A stretch of 22,509 nucleotides of DNA from Methanobacterium sp. (GTDB lineage: Archaea > Methanobacteriota > Methanobacteria > Methanobacteriales > Methanobacteriaceae), in NCBI GenBank assembly GCA_003166335.1, contig PMWA01000067.1, forward strand, positions 16,939-39,447, written 5' to 3'. Shown one piece after another: positions 20,931 through 22,509 of the stretch. The notes under the pieces are model-generated. The model was not told where the DNA came from and searched no databases. It saw only the letters and a program-made list of their open reading frames with translations. Every line of letters starts with the position of its first letter. Position 1 is the first letter of the stretch. The translations under genes were made by a program, and so were the position numbers.

Positions 20931-21535
20931 ATGGATAATAATGGAATATGGAAAAATAAAGATTTGATTGATTTAAGAGATAAACTTACAGTTTTTATAT
21001 TGGATTGTTTTGATCATAGTGATCTAACTATAAACTTGATTCTGAGCAAAAGGAGAAGCTTCAATCCTTGATGGAAGAACTATGTCATCAGACGCGTGTT
21101 GGTGTTATTTCTCAAAAAGAATCTCTTGAATGGATGAATTTTTTAACTTCCTTTCTAGCGGTACCCTGCTGTTCTAAGGAACTATGGAAAAAAACTTTGA
21201 AAACTTCGTTCAAAGTATAATGAAAGCACGTGAGCTCTGTAACGAAATCAGAATTTTTACTTGGGATTTTGAATTTCGTCCTAATGAATCTGTATCTGCT
21301 ACTCCTCAAGACAGAGATAAAGCTAAATCATTTAATGGAAATTGCAACTGCAAAGATTCAAAAGCATCTGTATTTACTTGATAATCTCCAACCACCTACT
21401 ATCCCTGAAGAAAAAGTTAAAAATGAATTTTCATGGCTGACGGAAACACAGATACAAAATCATATTGCTTCACTGTATACGCTCCTACCTTGTATTGATA
21501 ATCTTCAACATATTATTAAGAAATTACAAGAATGA
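20931..21535 (+). pseudogene. Frameshifted gene of about 201 aa (copy 2 of the tandem paralog family)
   Basis: A continuous protein can be rebuilt with three single-base repairs, near 21030, at the A7 run 21188-21194 and at T3 21331-21333. ORF-track entries 21184..21381 and 21230..21535 are fragments of it. Confidence 0.72.
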
Positions 21536-21729
21536 AGATGATATTCTGAGAAGATTCATGATTGGAGATTAAACATAGTACGCAAACATCCTAAACAATA
21601 ATTTGTATCTTTTTCTCGTAGATATTAACCTTATTTACGATGTTTTACTGATGCTTTGTTACATTCGGTTCCAAAAAAATAAACTTATAACCTAATAACT
21701 TCCTTTATATTTTAGGAGATGGATTAAAA

Positions 21730-22195
21730 ATGATTGACAAAAATGAAATTGAGAATATAAATCGACTTGAGTTCATTAATTACATTAAAATCTTTCTAGA
21801 AGATATATGAACTAAATGATAATGTAAGTGATTTGCCTAATAATGAGCAGTTGGATGATGCTATTTTTTCTAATGAGAAAAGCTATGGTATTAGTTTTTA
21901 ATAATCCCACTTTGAAAGGTTCATTAAATCCTTATTTAATTAGACTTAAAGAATTTATACTTCTCTGTGGAGCGGAAGTTTGTCCAATTCCTGATGACAT
22001 ACTAACATGAGAACCTGGATAATTAAAATATACTATATGGAATTTATCTGATTATGGATGTGAAATTTGATTAAGAGATTAATTTTAAAGTTTTCCTGCT
22101 TGGAAATATGGATTAATTCTCAAGGAATTACAGGAGAAAGCAGGAGAAGTGCATTTTTTAAGTTACATAAAAACTTACAAAAAATCTACTTTATA
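21730..22195 (+). pseudogene. Heavily decayed gene (copy 3 of the tandem paralog family)
   Basis: GGAG at 21715-21718. Reads MIDKNEIENINRLEFINYIKIFLEDI*, then shifted ELNDNVSDLPNNEQLDDAIF, then LMRKAMVLVFNNPTLKGSLNPYLIRLKEFILLC. Several stops follow and the 3' end is uncertain. Confidence 0.55.
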
Positions 22196-22314
22196 AAAAA
22201 GAAGTTATAAAAGATTAAATAATATAATAAACTTAAAAAAGAAAGTTAAAATAAATCATAATAAAATTTTTATAAATAAATTATAACACAGTTTTTTTGA
22301 GGTGAATATAAGTT

Positions 22315-22500
22315 ATGGCAGATCCAACATTAATATTAGTTTTCATTTATATAATACCCGCCCTTATGGCATTTGGGGGTATTATACTTATAGCTAGTGG
22401 AGTAATGGATAATAAACATATTATCACAATTATGGGAATTGCCGCATTCTTCGGTGCAGCATTACTACCATTTATTGTACTACCATCCATTATAGCTTAA
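22315..22500 (+). CDS. Small two-helix membrane protein of unknown function
   Basis: Strong GAGGTGA RBS upstream; two hydrophobic helices separated by SGVMDNKH. Confidence 0.8.
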   Translation: MADPTLILVFIYIIPALMAFGGIILIASGVMDNKHIITIMGIAAFFGAALLPFIVLPSIIA

Positions 22501-22509
22501 AAAAAAATT

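Noticed and set aside
21185..21197. A7 run as a programmed -1 frameshift site
   Set aside because: The codon phase (TGG AAA AAA ACT) does not form a canonical X XXY YYZ heptamer, and two other indels would still be needed.
21112..22010. Track ORFs 21112..21309, 21184..21381, 21230..21535 and 21828..22010 as independent genes
   Set aside because: The + strand ones are fragments of frameshifted paralogs, and the - strand one is their antisense shadow.
21533..22100. In-frame TGA codons as possible selenocysteine or recoding
   Set aside because: They occur alongside TAA stops and frameshifts, no SECIS-like hairpin is evident, and TGA is a normal stop elsewhere in the window. Decay is the simpler explanation.
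22131..22149. Short near-tandem repeat CAGGAGAAAG/CAGGAGAAG
   Set aside because: Only two short units with no spacers; not a CRISPR array or att site.

Overview
An AT-rich archaeal chromosomal window, most likely from a Methanobacteriales methanogen (Methanobacterium-like). The assignment rests on mtxX, archaeal pantoate kinase, SRP19, eS8, GGAG/GGTGA ribosome-binding sites and a stand-alone small subunit of a split family-B DNA polymerase. Bases 1 to about 18.5 kb are core housekeeping genes: purC-purS-purQ, cobA-hemD-srp19, a RecJ/DHH nuclease, a wHTH regulator, pantoate kinase, a PHP hydrolase, a riboflavin reductase, a CMD protein, cbiC-hemL-mtxX-uppS-tatD, an RDD protein, hypE, rps8e-polB2 and a HAD hydrolase. 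Two hydrophobic micro-ORFs in this part (34 and 53 aa) are missing from the ORF track. From about 18.6 kb the window looks accessory: an uncharacterised wHTH-AAA+ ATPase, a decayed response-regulator receiver gene, and a tandem array of three paralogous genes of a family I do not recognise. One paralog is intact and two are broken by frameshifts or stops, so the array only appears after repairing reading frames by eye. I saw no rRNA, tRNA, CRISPR array or transposase. All calls come from motif recognition and manual alignment; no database searches were run.
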